Shown in pieces: positions 1 to 10,654 of a stretch of DNA of 64,000 bases (positions within the stretch are counted from its first letter, which is position 1; the number at the start of each line of letters is the position of its first letter). The position numbers and the translations under genes are program-made. Source of the DNA: Phoronis australis (taxonomy: Eukaryota > Animalia > Phoronida); contig NMRA01000169.1 of the NCBI GenBank assembly GCA_002633005.1, positions 48,277 through 112,276 of the forward strand. The letters are read 5' to 3'. The notes under the pieces were generated by a model. It worked only from the letters and a program-made list of their open reading frames with translations, was not told where the DNA came from and ran no database searches.

Positions 1-1206
1 TGCAATGTTACGACATTTACTGAATTAAGGCTTATTCATGTTAATTCGATAACTGAGCTGGTGGTCCTGGTGGTGGGGTCCACGATAAAATAAGGAAACT
101 CACTCATCTAGAGAATTTTATTGGAAACAGCATAGTTTTGAAGAGAAACTGCAGTGAAAAAGTCACTCTTGACTTCTGTGCATCACGTACCATACACCTC
201 TTATTTTGGGAGCACTCCCACCCAGTCCCAGCATAGTCTATGGTCCCAGGACAATATGAATATGTGCTGCTAGCCTACCCGGCATCGGGTAAGTTTCCAA
301 AAAGAAACACTTAGTTCGACTCAATAAACTGTTATTCAGTGGGGTAACTGGTGGGGATAACATCACCGAACGATGTTGATAGAAACTGATTGCTAAAAAC
401 TTACCAAGTAATGTTGTGTAGTCTCCGAATGGAACTGCATTATGCATAGTCATAGACATAGAGCACACACGGGGCTTCAACATCCACACATTTTTTGTCA
501 GTTAGTTGACCCTGTTGACCGCAATTGTCCACGAATATAGTAACCTTAGGTCTTTTGGGAATTTGTGGCCACCTGTCGAAAACTTGCATCAGGGAAATTA
601 GCAGTAATTAGGCTTAGCGCGACGACGTATTTTGATAAAAATTCCATCTTTTACCAGTTGTTTACATGCAGACAGCCACGCATGCGCAATTCAATCACCA
701 CTAGTACAGCAGCGACACCGCGAGGAGAATTCTCCGAATAGCCCCATTAAGTCTTAGGTGGTCGCCAAATTGCGAAACAGTAAACTGAAAGTGGTTTCCC
801 AGATTTCAACCAGTGGGAACGACTGAGTGTTATGACGTCGGTTTCATTACTATAACCAACGAAAAGCCATGTTAAACAACATTCCACAGTGCTACTTTTC
901 GTAGCGCCGTGAGAGAGTGTACTACGAGGTGTTGCTAGTAAATAATGACGTCACGGCTCATGCGTAAGATCACACATTTCGTTCATTGAAAATATACGGA
1001 GTTAGCGGTTCATGTACATATAGTCTATTCCTGAAGTTAAAATTTACCTTGTGTTTGGAAGTTTTTACTTATATTTTGTCACTTTCTTGAGATTATTGTT
1101 ATCTTACTTGTCATACTAGCTCTCTGGCTTACTTTTTCCTTGGCGGTAAGGATATTAATCCGTCTGCCATAACTCATTACAGCGTTCTGTCGTTCAGTAA
1201 CTTTTC

Positions 1207-2762
1207 AAAATTCAAATTCATGTATTTCAACATTTAAGGCCTTGGCCCACATGTTACATAAAATTTACAGGATAACGCTGAGCAACTTTTCCCTGAGAGC
1301 AGTGGCGTGAAATACAAATTTCATTAGATTAATCTGAGCAATGGGCTCCGACATTTTCATAAGTTTTACAAATTTATGTTTACACTGTATTTGGTTCACG
1401 CCAGCACCACTCAGGTATAAATGCAGTTCTCAGAGAGCAGTACATTTTACAAACACATATAAAATGGTATTCATCTTCGATTAGGGACACACAGAAACAA
1501 CACACACGGTATTTTTGGTCCACGAGAGTATGTCTACCTTTCTCTATCATCAAGTTGTGGTTGGAGCAACGTAATTTAGCCATAGCTGCTAAAAAGATAT
1601 ATGGAATATCAAGCAACAGATAGGATTCCATTTCAAAATCAATTTTAAATGAGAAATATGTATTAAGTTTTGAACTATTCTCCACAGCAAAGCTCCAGTC
1701 TTGTAAAAACAATCTTTAATTCGCGGCTCAAAAATGACAATAAACGATGCTTCGCAGCCAACTCCCTGATTGTACCATAACAAACCAAAACCATACCTTT
1801 GCAGCAAATTCCTAACAGATGAAGCCCAATTTTTCCTACCAGCCTCATCCAATGTGACAAGCTTGTCATAGACAGATATTGGATTTCGATGTGCTGGCAT
1901 TTTTTAACAATTTAAACCAATACTTGATCAGTTTAACAAACAGCTTTACATAAATTGGATACTTTCCCAGTTCTCCCAGGACAGCATGATTTGGACAGTT
2001 ACTTCCAACATCCAGCAGTTGCTTACAGAATTTCAATTGGACGCGCTCGATACTAGAGTATTCTTTAAATCCCCTAATCTCACTTCCATAGCTAATGATT
2101 GGGTATACCATTTTATCAAAAATCTCGAGTGCAATTTTAGGTGAAAGTCGTCCACATTTTGACTGAAAACGTTTAATTGAAAAAATTGCTTTCTGTGCCT
2201 GGTGAGACAAAGTTTCAGTAGCTTGCGTCCAGACTAACTTAGGTGTAAGGCAAATACCCAGGTACTTATATGATGAGACGACATCAATTTTGTCATTTCC
2301 AAAATGCCATTTTTCGTATTTTCTCAATGGTCCGCCCTTTCTAAATACCATTATTTTTGTTTTTGTAAGGTTGACTTTCATACCCCAATCCTGACAGTAT
2401 TCATGCAGAGCGTTAATTTGTTGCTGTAGTTTAAATGCTGTCTCTGCACAACCAACCATATCATCAGCGTATAGCAACATACAAATTTGAGGCACATTCT
2501 CATTTACGTAAATTCCGCTAATTAAAGATTCTCTTAAGTAATCAACAAACTCGTTCAAATACATACTAAATAAAAAAGAACTAAGCATACACCCTTGGCG
2601 AGTACCAATATTATTACTGAAAAAGTCAGTTAACCCACGCTCAGTTCCTACACACGCTCTTAGCTTTGAATACATACTTTTCATCAATTTTAAAACACTA
2701 CCATGTATTCCTATTTTTTGAAGCCTATTCCACAAAAATTTATGTGAAATGCTGTTTGACAG
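1207..2762 (-). mobile_element. 5'-truncated non-LTR retrotransposon (RTE-X-like LINE), frameshifted RT plus C-terminal CCHC domain
   Basis: ORF 1866..2807 has RT motifs (GTRQGCMLS, LLYADD, YKYLG, YGSEI, VLGELGKYP). The reading continues via frameshifts into 1589..1900 and 1380..1712 (CCFC..IEDEYHFICVC zinc knuckle). It is flanked by a near-perfect 12-bp TSD, CAGTAACTTTTC (1195-1206) / CAATAACTTTTC (2763-2774). Confidence 0.9.
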
Positions 2763-4376
2763 CAATAACTTTTCCAGACGTGAGGGTTGCTGAACGTGGG
2801 ATAACATCTGGCTCTTTTGTTAACTGCCCAGCTCTGTCTTTTGTCCCGTATGATAACAAGCAGGCCAATTATCTTCCAGGCTTCAAAGGAAACGTATGGT
2901 GGTTGCACGCTATTACTGAACGTGATGAACACGGTCAAACCCTGTGCTTCCGTTTGGACAGAATAGATTGTCTTCACTTCTGTTGTAGTTGGGCAATTTT
3001 GGTGATTCAAAAACGAAACATGATCACCATTTGACAAGGAATTCTGAACTTCTATTGGTTTAAGCTCAATTATGTTATAACTTAACTTTCATTTTTAATA
3101 GCACAGCCCAGTCAGTCTAGATACGATCTGATCGGAGATTAGAGCAATTATCGAACAAAAGAGGGCAGACCCCCAACCATAAAGGCCAGAATGGAGTTAA
3201 TCAGTCGTGTAAGATATTGGCTACGGGAGTAAACTTCCGAACTTGTTGTTTTGCTATAGAATTGAACAAGTTGGGAGCAACGGGATGTCGCCGTCATGAC
3301 GGCGAAATTGGAATGACATAATAAATCGAAATGTGCCTAGGCATGTCGATATCGAAATCGTTTGCTCCTGCATCGAGTACGATTATAATTCGATTAATCG
3401 TCGCACCCTTATCAAAAGGCATTAATTAATTTGAACAAGTCGATTGTTGCATGTGCCCCAGAATATGTTTAGCTAAAAAGCGTTGAAAGCGACGTTCGAG
3501 GGCCTACCGACTGGAGTATGAATTGTGTCAATCTCAAACCAAAGAAGCAATGTTCAAGCTCTGATGGCATAATGTCATGACCCACCACCAATTTTCCGAA
3601 CACTTTCTTGCTATTTTCAGAAAATCTCTTATTGTTGAATACCTGTCTTTGACTAAAGCGCAATGGTAAGCGGGTCGGGTGGTAATGTACATTTGACATT
3701 GATTGCACTTGGTCAAAGAGTAATGATGAAAAAGTGACGCCTTGACAATTAACCCACAACGAATTGAATGAATTTCAAACTCTGGTACCGATTTCACACG
3801 GAATCAAATAGGTTTGGTGTCGTTTAAACTCCATATTCTGAAGATTTTGGCGGAAATTAGTGACTTATATTTCCAGTTGTTCATTAGAAACTTCTTTACC
3901 TGACGAGAAATTCAAACATTTATTGAATGAATCATTGCAGAATCCTAATAGTGAATCCTTGCACGCATCGGAGCCGGAGGCTGGCCGTGGGCAATACAAC
4001 AAAGGGCAAATAACTCTCTGGAGACGGTGTGATCGAGAGAGCGGCGAAATATCTGGCTGAGTTTGACCGTTCTGTAGTCTTAACTTATGTCAACGTTAAA
4101 GGCTATGACGCACAAAATTTGGTTGAGAGAACCAGTCATGCGGCAAACTACAGTGACCTCCACACAAAGTGTCCTTACTAATAGGAGTCAAGACCATGCA
4201 GGCGAAACATGACTTCAAACAACGTAAAACCAAATGGTCGCAAAATACTTGTATTTATGCTTATAATACACAGAAGTACACATCAAAATGTAAAAGTTCT
4301 GCAAATACGGCACATAAATTAGAATAATTATTCCCCCAACCGATGCTTTAATTGTAGTAGAGTCCCAAGTGAACTC

Positions 4377-7300
4377 TCAGTCCTCTGGTGAGGGGGCGCA
4401 ACACAAAAGGCGTCGCCACCAGGATAGTCTTTTCTCGTTGTTTGTTCGTGACGGAGACTTATTCTTACGATTTTTCTTTTGTTTCAGATACCAGTGATTG
4501 ACATAAGTGTATTCTTTTCTCACGCTAAAGCTTTCATTATTTACAGAGGTGAGGTGGCCCATGCTGTCACCTCTGTCACCAGTAAGGTCATCGACACTTC
4601 CCTCGTTGCCATAAGAGGCATCGACAATGTCTCCATTGATAACGTCAGTTACAAGTCCGTAGTTGTCGTCTGTGCCACGATATTCCGACACTTTATTCGT
4701 AAGAGAACTTCCAGATTCAGTTTCAATATTTGTATCGTGCCCTGTGTCACCATTTCCAAAAAGAGTATCATGTCTTGGGACACCTCTTCCAGGCGCAGTA
4801 TCCTGAAGAGGATCACCGTTTCCATACGCAGTATCATGTTCAGGGACAACATTTCCATACGGAGTATTTTCCTTGGGATCACCTTGTGTATGTGGAATGC
4901 CGTTGTCATGATCACCCTTGCCATACGGAGTATCTTGGTGGGTCTCACCGTTTTTATATGAAATGTCGTTGTCGGGATCACCATTTCTATACTGAGTATC
5001 ACTGTGAAGACCGCTTTTTAAATACGGAGTATCATGCCATGGACCAATATTTCCTTTAGAAGTGTTAAGCTCAGGGTCACCATTATCACATACTGCCTCT
5101 TGTATAGAATCACGCTTGTTCTGTGAAGCGTCAGACCCATGATCACTTCTTTCATATATAATACCAGGTCTGGGATCACCCTCATTACATGGATCGTCAC
5201 GCTTGTCTTCATCATTTTCACCATGAGCATTGTTTCTGCAATTTACATTGAGAACAGCTTGTTCGCTTCCTTTGTCGCCACCTGCGCTATTTATCACCTG
5301 TCTAACAGTGCTATTTTTAATGTCACGTGCGTACATGTCCATTCCATCGGTAACATCAGCAAGGCGTCCGTTCGTGCCCTCGGTGGCATCATGTATGCAT
5401 CTTTCTCCGTTAGCAGTCGCGTCAGCAATGTGCTCCAGTCCTTGAACTGCAAGTATACCGTCTGTTTCCTCTTTATATTTTGCCTGCAGTTGCATGACGC
5501 CAACCTCGTTGGCAATTTCACTATTTGCATTGAAGTTGTTCTTCTGATTCAATGCGTTTTTGCTATCCACTGTAGCAGTACGAACAATACATGGTTTGAG
5601 ATTTGTTTCTGAATTGATGATTGCAGCTGCTGTAGTTTTCTGATGCCCGTGTGGTATTTCTGGGATGTCGTCGAGAATGTCTTCATTATATTCACAGTGA
5701 ACAGTTATGGACTGTCTGTTTTCATCTACTTTAGTCAAAGTGATACTTGAATCTTCGTATTCTTCACTCAAGTCATCGTCTTCAAAATCTCTCAACATGA
5801 CGGAAATTATTGTTGTTGTAATATCCAAGAGGTTCTCTGTGAAATCTACTATATGTCGCTTGATAATATTCACAAACGGTGATATATACGCCATTAGAAA
5901 CATCATCAAGTCTGCTAATACCCTAATGGGTACTTTTACTGCCATATTCAAATATGAATTCTGACACCCTAGACCATCTTCTCCATACAGGGCATCATGT
6001 CCTGTGTCACCGTCTCCATACGGAATATCAATTACTGTATCACCATTTCCACACGAAGTATCATGTCTTGGATCACCTCTTCCACGCGAAGTATCCTTTA
6101 CTGGATCACCATTGTCATACACAGTGTCATGCTCAGGGACAACATTTCCGTACCGAGTATCTTGCTGGGTCTGACTGTTTTTATATGAAATGTCGTTGTC
6201 GGGATCACCATTTCTATACTGACTATAATTGTAACTATCTCCTTTTCGATACAGAGTATCATTCCATGGACCACTATTTCCTTTCGAAGTATTATGCTCT
6301 GATTGACCATTATCACATGGTGCCTCATGTCTAGAAGCACGGTTGTCGTACGAAGCGTCGGACCCATGATCACCTCTTTCATATATAATACCAGGTCTGA
6401 GATCGCCTTCATTACATAGATCGTCACGCTTGTCTTCATCATTTTCATCATGAGCATTGTTTCTGTCATTTACATTGAGAACAGCTTGTTCGTTTCCTTC
6501 TTCGCCACCTGCGCTATTTATCACCCGTCCAACAGTGCTATTTTTAATGTCACGTACGTGTCTGTGCATTCCATTGGTAACATCAGCAAGAAGTCCGTTC
6601 GTGCCCCCGGTGGCATCAAATATGCATCTTCCTCCGTTAGCAGTCGCGACAGCAATGTGTTCACCATATTCATAAACAGTGTCATGCTCAGGGACAACAT
6701 TTCGATACGGAGTATCTTGCTGGGTCTCACCGTTTTTACATGAAATGTCGTTGTCGGGATCACCATTTCTATGCTGACTATCATTGTAACTATCGCACTT
6801 TCGATACGGAGTATCATGCCATGGACCACTATTTCCTTTCGAAGTATTATGGTCTGGGTCACCATTATCACATGGTGCCTCATGTATAGAAGCACGGTTG
6901 TCAAGTGAAGCGTCAGACACACGATCACTTCTTTCATGTATGATACCAGGTCTGGGATCACCTGCATTACATGGATCATCACGCTTGTCTTCATCATTTT
7001 CATCATCAGCATTTTTTCTGTCATTTACATTAAAAATAGCTTGTTCGTTTTCTTCGTCTCCACCTGCGCTATTTATCACCCGTCCAACAATGCTATTTTT
7101 AATGTCGCGTACGTATCTGTCCATTCCATCGGTAACATCAGCAAGGAGTCCGTTCGTGCCCCCGGTGGCATCAAGTATGCATCTTTCTCCGTTAGCAATA
7201 GCGACAGCAATGTGTTCACCATATTCATACACAATGTCATGCTCAAGGACAACATTGCCATACGGAGTATCTTGCTTGGTCTCACCGTTTCTACATGAAA

Positions 7301-8453
7301 TGTCGTTGTCGGGATCACCATTTCTATGCTGACTATCATTGTATCTATCGCCCTTTCGATACGGAGTATCATGCCATGGACCACTGTTTCCTTTCGAAGT
7401 ATTATGGTCAGGGTCACCATTATCACATGGTGCCTCATGTATAGAAGCACGGTTGTTGTGTGAAGCGCCAGACCCATGATCACTTCTTTGATATATAATA
7501 CCAGGTCTGGGATCACCCTCATTACATGAATCGTCACCCATGTCTTCATCATTTTCACCATGAGCATTGTTTCTGTCATTTATATTGAGAATAGCCTGTT
7601 CGTTTCCTTCGTCGCCACCTGAGCCATTTATCACTCGTCCAACATTCACATTTTTAATGTCATGTACGTACCTGTCCATTCCATCGGTAACATCAGTAAG
7701 GCGGCCGTTCGTGCCCTTGTCTTCATCATTTTTATCATGAACATTGTTTCTGTCATTTACATTGAGAATAGCTTGTTCGTTTCCTTCGTCGACACTTGTG
7801 CCATTTATCACCCGTCCAACATTGCTATTTTTAATGTCATTTACATACCTGTCTATTCCATCGGTAACATCAGCAAGGCGTCCGTTCTTGCTCTCGGTGG
7901 TATCACGCATGCATGTTTCTCCGTTAGCAGTCGCGTCAGAAATGCATTCCAGTCCTTGAACTGCAAGTATACCTTCTGTTCTCTCGTTACATTTTGCCTG
8001 CAGTTGCATGATGCCAACCTCGTTGGCAATTTCACTATTTTCATTGAAGTTGTTCTTCTGATGCAATGCGCTTTGGCTACCTACTGTAGCAGTAGGAAGA
8101 ATAAAACATGTGTTGGGATTTCTTTCTGGATTGATGATCGCAGCTACTGTATTTTCCTGTTGCCCGTGTGGTGTTTCTGTGACGTCGTCCAGAATGTCAA
8201 TATATTCATAGTGAACCGTTTTTGTCTGGCCCTTTTCATCTACTTTAGTCAAAACGATACTTGAATCTTCATATTCCTCGCTCAAGTCATCATCTTCAAA
8301 ATCTCCCAGTATGATGGAAATTATTTCTGTTGTAATGTCTAAGAGATTCTTTGTGATTGATAGTATATGTCGCTTGATAATATTCACAAACGCTGATATA
8401 TACGCCATTAGAAAGACCATCAAGTCTGATAATACCCTGATGGGTACTGCCAT
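4377..8453 (-). CDS. Intronless ~1358-aa Asp/Gly/Asn/His-rich repetitive orphan protein with duplicated hydrophobic N-terminal module and C-terminal polybasic/di-Cys tail
   Basis: 4.08-kb uninterrupted ORF. The first ATG is at 8453 (the track's TTG start is 6 nt upstream, and an in-frame TGA lies at 8460-8462). Contains 555-bp internal repeats and a ~2.5-kb self-duplication, all frame-preserving. TATAAAA lies ~100 nt upstream. Confidence 0.75.
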   Translation of the reverse strand: MAVPIRVLSDLMVFLMAYISAFVNIIKRHILSITKNLLDITTEIISIILGDFEDDDLSEEYEDSSIVLTKVDEKGQTKTVHYEYIDILDDVTETPHGQQENTVAAIINPERNPNTCFILPTATVGSQSALHQKNNFNENSEIANEVGIMQLQAKCNERTEGILAVQGLECISDATANGETCMRDTTESKNGRLADVTDGIDRYVNDIKNSNVGRVINGTSVDEGNEQAILNVNDRNNVHDKNDEDKGTNGRLTDVTDGMDRYVHDIKNVNVGRVINGSGGDEGNEQAILNINDRNNAHGENDEDMGDDSCNEGDPRPGIIYQRSDHGSGASHNNRASIHEAPCDNGDPDHNTSKGNSGPWHDTPYRKGDRYNDSQHRNGDPDNDISCRNGETKQDTPYGNVVLEHDIVYEYGEHIAVAIANGERCILDATGGTNGLLADVTDGMDRYVRDIKNSIVGRVINSAGGDEENEQAIFNVNDRKNADDENDEDKRDDPCNAGDPRPGIIHERSDRVSDASLDNRASIHEAPCDNGDPDHNTSKGNSGPWHDTPYRKCDSYNDSQHRNGDPDNDISCKNGETQQDTPYRNVVPEHDTVYEYGEHIAVATANGGRCIFDATGGTNGLLADVTNGMHRHVRDIKNSTVGRVINSAGGEEGNEQAVLNVNDRNNAHDENDEDKRDDLCNEGDLRPGIIYERGDHGSDASYDNRASRHEAPCDNGQSEHNTSKGNSGPWNDTLYRKGDSYNYSQYRNGDPDNDISYKNSQTQQDTRYGNVVPEHDTVYDNGDPVKDTSRGRGDPRHDTSCGNGDTVIDIPYGDGDTGHDALYGEDGLGCQNSYLNMAVKVPIRVLADLMMFLMAYISPFVNIIKRHIVDFTENLLDITTTIISVMLRDFEDDDLSEEYEDSSITLTKVDENRQSITVHCEYNEDILDDIPEIPHGHQKTTAAAIINSETNLKPCIVRTATVDSKNALNQKNNFNANSEIANEVGVMQLQAKYKEETDGILAVQGLEHIADATANGERCIHDATEGTNGRLADVTDGMDMYARDIKNSTVRQVINSAGGDKGSEQAVLNVNCRNNAHGENDEDKRDDPCNEGDPRPGIIYERSDHGSDASQNKRDSIQEAVCDNGDPELNTSKGNIGPWHDTPYLKSGLHSDTQYRNGDPDNDISYKNGETHQDTPYGKGDHDNGIPHTQGDPKENTPYGNVVPEHDTAYGNGDPLQDTAPGRGVPRHDTLFGNGDTGHDTNIETESGSSLTNKVSEYRGTDDNYGLVTDVINGDIVDASYGNEGSVDDLTGDRGDSMGHLTSVNNESFSVRKEYTYVNHWYLKQKKNRKNKSPSRTNNEKRLSWWRRLLCCAPSPED
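6098..7760 (-). repeat. Tandem 555-bp (185-aa) coding repeat, ~3 copies, with a further diverged copy near 4950-5420
   Basis: Homologous off-frame ORFs start at 6469, 7024 and 7579 (period 555). The peptide GDPRPGII.ERSDHGSDAS..RASIHEAPCDNGDP recurs four times. Boundaries are approximate. Confidence 0.9.
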
Positions 8454-8555
8454 ATTCAATCATGAATAATGACGCCATCAATACGTTGACGTCACACACG
8501 CAATACACATTAATGAACTCGAAAGTGTGAACCAATTTTTGCGACAATGGAGAGA

Positions 8556-8562
8556 TTTTATA
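8556..8562 (-). promoter_or_regulatory. Candidate TATA box (TATAAAA) for the long orphan ORF
   Basis: + strand ttttata at 8556-8562, ~100 nt upstream of ATG 8453. A TGACGTCA palindrome lies at 8487-8494. Confidence 0.35.
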
Positions 8563-9676
8563 CTAGTAGACGTAATGTTCAAAGAATCCTCACTTTTAGT
8601 TTTAGGCGCTGTGTTTGGAAAATTAAGTGACTGCTCTTTTGACTGTATGCAAACAACAGCATATATAAGATAATGTTAAATTATGCATTCCGTTTCATGA
8701 CGATACAAAACCTTATACATTCTTAGGAAATACACTCGTTTTGCCGTCCTTTGCATACCTTTAGGCAATAATTGTGCCTGCCTAAGTTCAATTCTGATCT
8801 ATATCGTTATGGCAACTTTTAGGAAATAATCTGTCGTGAAATGCAACATTCCACCCGTTTAGAACACAGACTTGAATGCTTCATCAATCGAGAGAATATA
8901 CTAAAATTTCTTAAAAAACACGTACTTGTTACTGGCAACTCACAGTCGTGAAATAAATCCAGTACCATTTAACATTCCTACCAACCCGTCATCGAGAACC
9001 CCCGGAAGGCGATCGAGGACGAAATTTGGCGCGAGTAGCGAAGCCAGACAAGGTGTGTAAATCTGATGAATTTTCGTTGTTTTTAGTTTCAGCGTGAAAA
9101 CAGAGACACGAGTTCAAGTTGTAACACATTGAGGAAGGACAGGTAGCCAGTTTGGCTATTGTCTGTTCCAATTATTGGAGAAAAGTTAAGTTAACCGATG
9201 CCATTGCATGAGCGGAAGGTGATTTATACGTCATTTCGGCAAACTGCAGTCATTCTTGGCACTATATCAATGAAGTTGTCATGAATTTATAAAGAAGTGA
9301 CGTCTGGAAATATAACGCAACGCTTGTTTTTCGTATTCTTGTCAGGATCTCTGAATTTCCAACAGTTTTCTGTTGAAAGAAGCGATCGAGAACGCAAAGA
9401 TAAGCAATCGGGAACGCATCGTGTTGTGTAGAACAATTATAATTATTACGTGAAGAAGGTTACAAAATACGATTGATGCATTTTGCGTCATTACTGTGTT
9501 ATTGCCGTATCAAAACTAAACAATATAGCATATTACCATTAAAGCGCCATGAGCACTACATGTACAGCAAGCATACTATTTTAGTTATAAATATTTTCAC
9601 AAATGATTTTATTTTCATTTTAGGAAATAAGTTCACTGAAATTATTGTGACGCGAGCTTCACCGAACATGTTACCC

Positions 9677-10654
9677 CATAGGCGGATTTAGGGAGGGGCT
9701 CAGGGAGCCCGGGCCCCCTTTGGCTGCCGGAAAGGAATAAAACAGCAAGAGCGTAGGGAAATGTTGAGTTAATTAATTAAACCCGGTAAGTAACATTATA
9801 CGGCGGAAATAAAATTTTAATGTGTGCAGTTTTAGTGTGTTTGGGGGGGGGCTCAGGTCCAATTTCAAGTGTCAAATTCGGAACACGGCGCAATCGCAAC
9901 AAAACTGTGGCTAAGTATAGGCTCTCCCGCGATATACCAGGCGACCGTCGTCTGCTTCACTGTGCAATGAAGAAAATTACTTAATTTTTTTTAAAGAATA
10001 TGGAATCTGAGTGACAATGAAAAAAACGGAAGCTGCTGGTAAGATGTGAATTTTAATCGAAGCCTCAGTGAATCACTCAGAAACTCATAATTATCTCTTT
10101 GTCAAACCTTAACTTCCAAAGCTATCGCGTCATTAGTGCCAACACAAAAAACGGATTTGGTGTTTTGGGCAATTGAAGACTATTTTAAATACAACAAATT
10201 TGTTATGAACTGATTGCACAAAGTATAAAAAGTGTAATAAGCATTACAAAAAGAAGTAGGTTTCGCGCGCAAACGCTGTGGACCATAAACAAGTAGGTCT
10301 CTTATCATCAAATTTTGAGTGAAGTCGTGGTGGTGTAGTGGTAAAGTACACTCGCTCTTTCCGCCAGGGCGTGATTTCGAGTCTGTGATAGTTGTAGTTT
10401 TTCATGTTTGACATGTTCGCCGTGTTTTTTTTTTATTTTTCTTTTTCTTTGCCTTTTTTCTTGGATAATACTTCAGGAATCAAGGAAAAAGCTTGATTTT
10501 TAGGGGAAAAAACAGAAAAATTTCCTGGGCGGGATGGGGGCGAACCCCCCTCCCTACCTCCCCCCATTCGGTGCCATACGCATCTAGTCGTGCTTTGCAC
10601 AAATGGTTTCAGACAACATGTTGCCCACCTTGTGATATCCTAGATCCGCCACTG
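9677..10654. mobile_element. MITE-family ends (CAnnGGCGGAT..AGG / CTAGATCCGCCACTG) enclosing nested sequence; possibly two separate partial copies
   Basis: cataggcggatttaggg at 9677 and ctagatccgccactg ending at 10654. The same terminal motif occurs at 47269-47424, 49135-49284 and ~63665-63683. Confidence 0.45.
10324..10390 (+). repeat. Degenerate tRNA-derived sequence (A-box/B-box-like) inside a repeat element
   Basis: tggtgtagtggt (A-box-like) followed ~35 nt later by ttcgagtc (B-box-like). No intact cloverleaf. Confidence 0.4.

Noticed and set aside
3469-4060. Short ORFs, some Cys/Trp-rich
   Set aside because: No recognisable domain, non-ATG starts and no convincing splice context.
4479-8264. 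Many overlapping + strand and off-frame ORFs
   Set aside because: Shadows of the repetitive 1358-aa ORF; they repeat with its period and show no independent signal.
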